Source of the DNA: Octopus sinensis
Taxonomy: Eukaryota
Direction of reading: 5' to 3'
DNA: 64,000 nucleotides
Assembly (NCBI RefSeq): GCF_006345805.1
Contig: NC_043008.1
Span: 36,704,001 to 36,768,000, forward strand
This document shows, piece after piece, positions 63,316-64,000 of the stretch. A program made the translations under genes and the position numbers. Below the pieces are notes generated by a model. The model was not told the DNA's origin. It made no database searches and worked only from the letters and a program-made list of their open reading frames with translations. Every line of letters begins with the position of its first letter. Position 1 is the stretch's first letter.

Positions 63316-64000
63316 TAATAATAATAATAATAAATGAATAAATAAATAATTATGAAAATGGAGAACATAAAGAACCTTTAACATGTGAGAGTGATAAAAC
63401 ACTGCTCCGAAACCTATCCAAAAACATTGGGAATAAAGACAGCAAATGGAGCCTAAAATAACTGACAAAGTGTTGGACTATATCCGAGTAAGTAATACTC
63501 GTTAAAATTTATTTATATTTCCTGAATGAAATGATGTATTTTAACTGTGTGTCACCTCCGACACTCGCACAACACATGTAAACATATTGGTCTATATCCG
63601 ATCAAGTACACATCACAAACACATAATTACATAAAATAATTAATTACATATACACCCCAGTTTTGCATGAACACATTTTAATATTTCAAAATAACATTAA
63701 GTAATGTGTAAACAAGTGCACACACACACACACACACACACATAAGCAAATTAAATAAAATCAAATGACAAAAACTAGTTATTATTGATCACAAAAGCAC
63801 TAAACAGAAATGTATATATTTCCCCCGGCATTAAACAAATATATACCCCGCCCCCATAGAAAAAACAGAGGTAGATAATAGTTTTCTGTTTGTTTCTTTG
63901 TCTCGTTTGACTACATTTATTTGTTTTTAAATATAGAAGTGGTGCTCTATCAAATTGTTTATGCTAACAGATAAGGCCCAGAGCCTAGTACTAACATGAA

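Overview
AT-rich, extremely repeat-dense eukaryotic DNA. I recognise no intact protein-coding gene, RNA gene or CRISPR array. The repeat repertoire matches what I recall of octopod cephalopod (Octopus) genomes; this assignment is an inference, not a database result. It includes several tRNA-headed SINE families, RTE-clade LINE ends with (GAT)n tails, R4/Dong-clade LINE remnants, Penelope-like ends, mariner/Tc1, hAT, Tigger-like, piggyBac-like and Helentron-like non-autonomous elements, and very long (AT)n, (TTA)n, (CAT)n, (TAGA)n and (CA)n tracts. The window looks like a large intron or intergenic region. Almost all ORFs in the supplied track are microsatellite read-throughs. The ORFs with real protein similarity are all decayed transposon genes: mariner transposase, RTE and R4/Dong reverse transcriptase/endonuclease, and an L1/Tx1-like gag ORF1. 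The points most worth checking are: degenerate hammerhead-ribozyme-like folds at Penelope-like ends; a fixed-length TAA-tailed retroposon co-located with R4/Dong remnants; a near-identical 1.4-kb tandem duplication; inverted repeat pairs that could form dsRNA; an ORF1-only element; a palindrome-armed hairpin; a 21/84-bp higher-order minisatellite; five clean nested insertions; and a few weak minus-strand exon candidates. I found no convincing evidence for a novel multi-gene system.
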